DNA of 63,179 nt, the filler included, from Octopus bimaculoides (taxonomy: Eukaryota), in the NCBI RefSeq assembly GCF_001194135.2. It is 4 parts of 4 records of this genome, joined end to end, with 100 filler letters (N's around TTAATTAATTAA, not from the genome) between each part and the next. Parts side by side here need not be neighbours in the genome. Positions count along the whole stretch, not along the records: positions 55,733 to 63,179 come from NC_069001.1; 3 more parts are not named here. The stretch is one strand, 5' to 3'. A program made the translations under genes and the position numbers. Positions 62,193 to 63,179 of the stretch are shown in pieces; the stretch's first letter is position 1, and each line of letters starts with the position of its first letter. The notes beneath the pieces were generated by a model that searched no databases, was not told the DNA's origin, and worked only from the letters and a program-made list of their open reading frames with translations.

Positions 62193-63002
62193 CATAAGAT
62201 AAATTTGCTAATATTTTAAGAGTATATCCAAAGATTTTCAGTACAGACATCTCTATCCATTTAAAGGTCACACTTTTGCAGTGCATATTTAGTGATATTG
62301 CCAGTATGATAGTTACCAGGTGCAAGTGGGTGAATCTACTACTGAATTCTCAAGTAACCAAGGAAGAGTGATTTCTGGTTTATGATTTTCTTTTATGAGT
62401 TTCCTTTTATTACAACAGCTCTTTTTAAACCATGAAGCTTATGGTTTATTTTTTCAATTAAAATTTTAAAACTACTTTAATCTTGTTATTTGCCTGTTTT
62501 ACATACAACAACACAACTATGCAATGACATCACTCCTATTAAGAGTGGCTAAATATTTTTATATGCTTAACTATAGATATATATTTGGATTATAGTTTTT
62601 TACAATACATGTGCATAATATGTACATGTGCATTTATATATTGTATTATTCTGCTACAATAATAGAAATAAGCATGTAATTCTTTTATTCTCTAGTTCTG
62701 ATGAAAAATTTCCTAAAAAAATTGTAATGGAGTATCCTGCATGTTGAAAACCTATATGGGCTTATGCATCCGAGGAAAGCGGGTTATTTCAAATTGTTGT
62801 AATGCTTGCATTGATCGATTAAATGGAGCCACTTGAAACAGCCGTAATGTACCCTTGTAACTTATATGCTTTTTATTTACTTAACTTCGAGCCAAACAGA
62901 TAATACTGGACAGACTTAGTACCTCAACTTAAGTACCTAATTCAAGTGGATCTTAATTATTTCTTAACTCGTCAACTATACATATATATATATATATATA
63001 TA

Positions 63003-63179
63003 TCATCATCATCATCATCATCATCGTTTAACATCCACTTTCCATGCTAGCATGGGTTGGACGATTTGACTGAGGACTGGTGCAACCGGATGGCTACACC
63101 AGGCTCCAATCTAATTTGACAGTTTCTACAGCTGGATGCCCTTCCTAACGCCAACCACTCAGAGAGTGTAGTGGGTGCC
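63003..63179 (-). mobile_element. family C copy (runs off the window)
   Basis: (CAT)n cgtttaacatccactttccatgctagcatgggttgg..gatgcccttcctaacgccaaccac. Confidence 0.92.

Noticed and set aside
1-63179. Numerous ORFs rich in YI/CV/HT/RE/LS repeats
   Set aside because: Translations of (TA)n, (TG)n, (CA)n and (GA)n microsatellites or of SINE bodies; no coding signal.

Overview
AT-rich, repeat-dense metazoan genomic DNA from a gapped draft assembly. The SINE and MITE families look like those I recognise from octopod cephalopods (Octopus-like; an inference, not verified). No intact host gene is visible, only a few weak plus-strand exon candidates. The window holds microsatellites, about 40 SINE copies from 4-5 families and Tc1/mariner and piggyBac-like DNA elements. 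It also holds decayed non-LTR retrotransposons (three RTE, one CR1/L2-like, one R4/Dong-like, one R2-clade) and at least five Penelope-like (PLE) pieces from two clades. Most tracked ORFs are microsatellite translations or TE fragments. Three fixed 100-bp 44N-TTAATTAATTAA-44N spacers mark artificial joins, so adjacency across 31.7, 44.1 and 55.7 kb is not guaranteed. Best lead: a 5'-truncated R2-clade element (50.5-52.4 kb, minus strand) lies outside rDNA but ends exactly on the 28S target sequence TAGCCAAATGCCTC. Its 3' UTR carries antisense copies of the 28S segment downstream of the target, partly sequestered in a hairpin by a 28S-mimic arm, which suggests an RNA switch. Second lead: a PLE (44.36-47.81 kb) with inverted pseudo-LTRs, each carrying a minimal type-I hammerhead-like fold with a non-canonical core.
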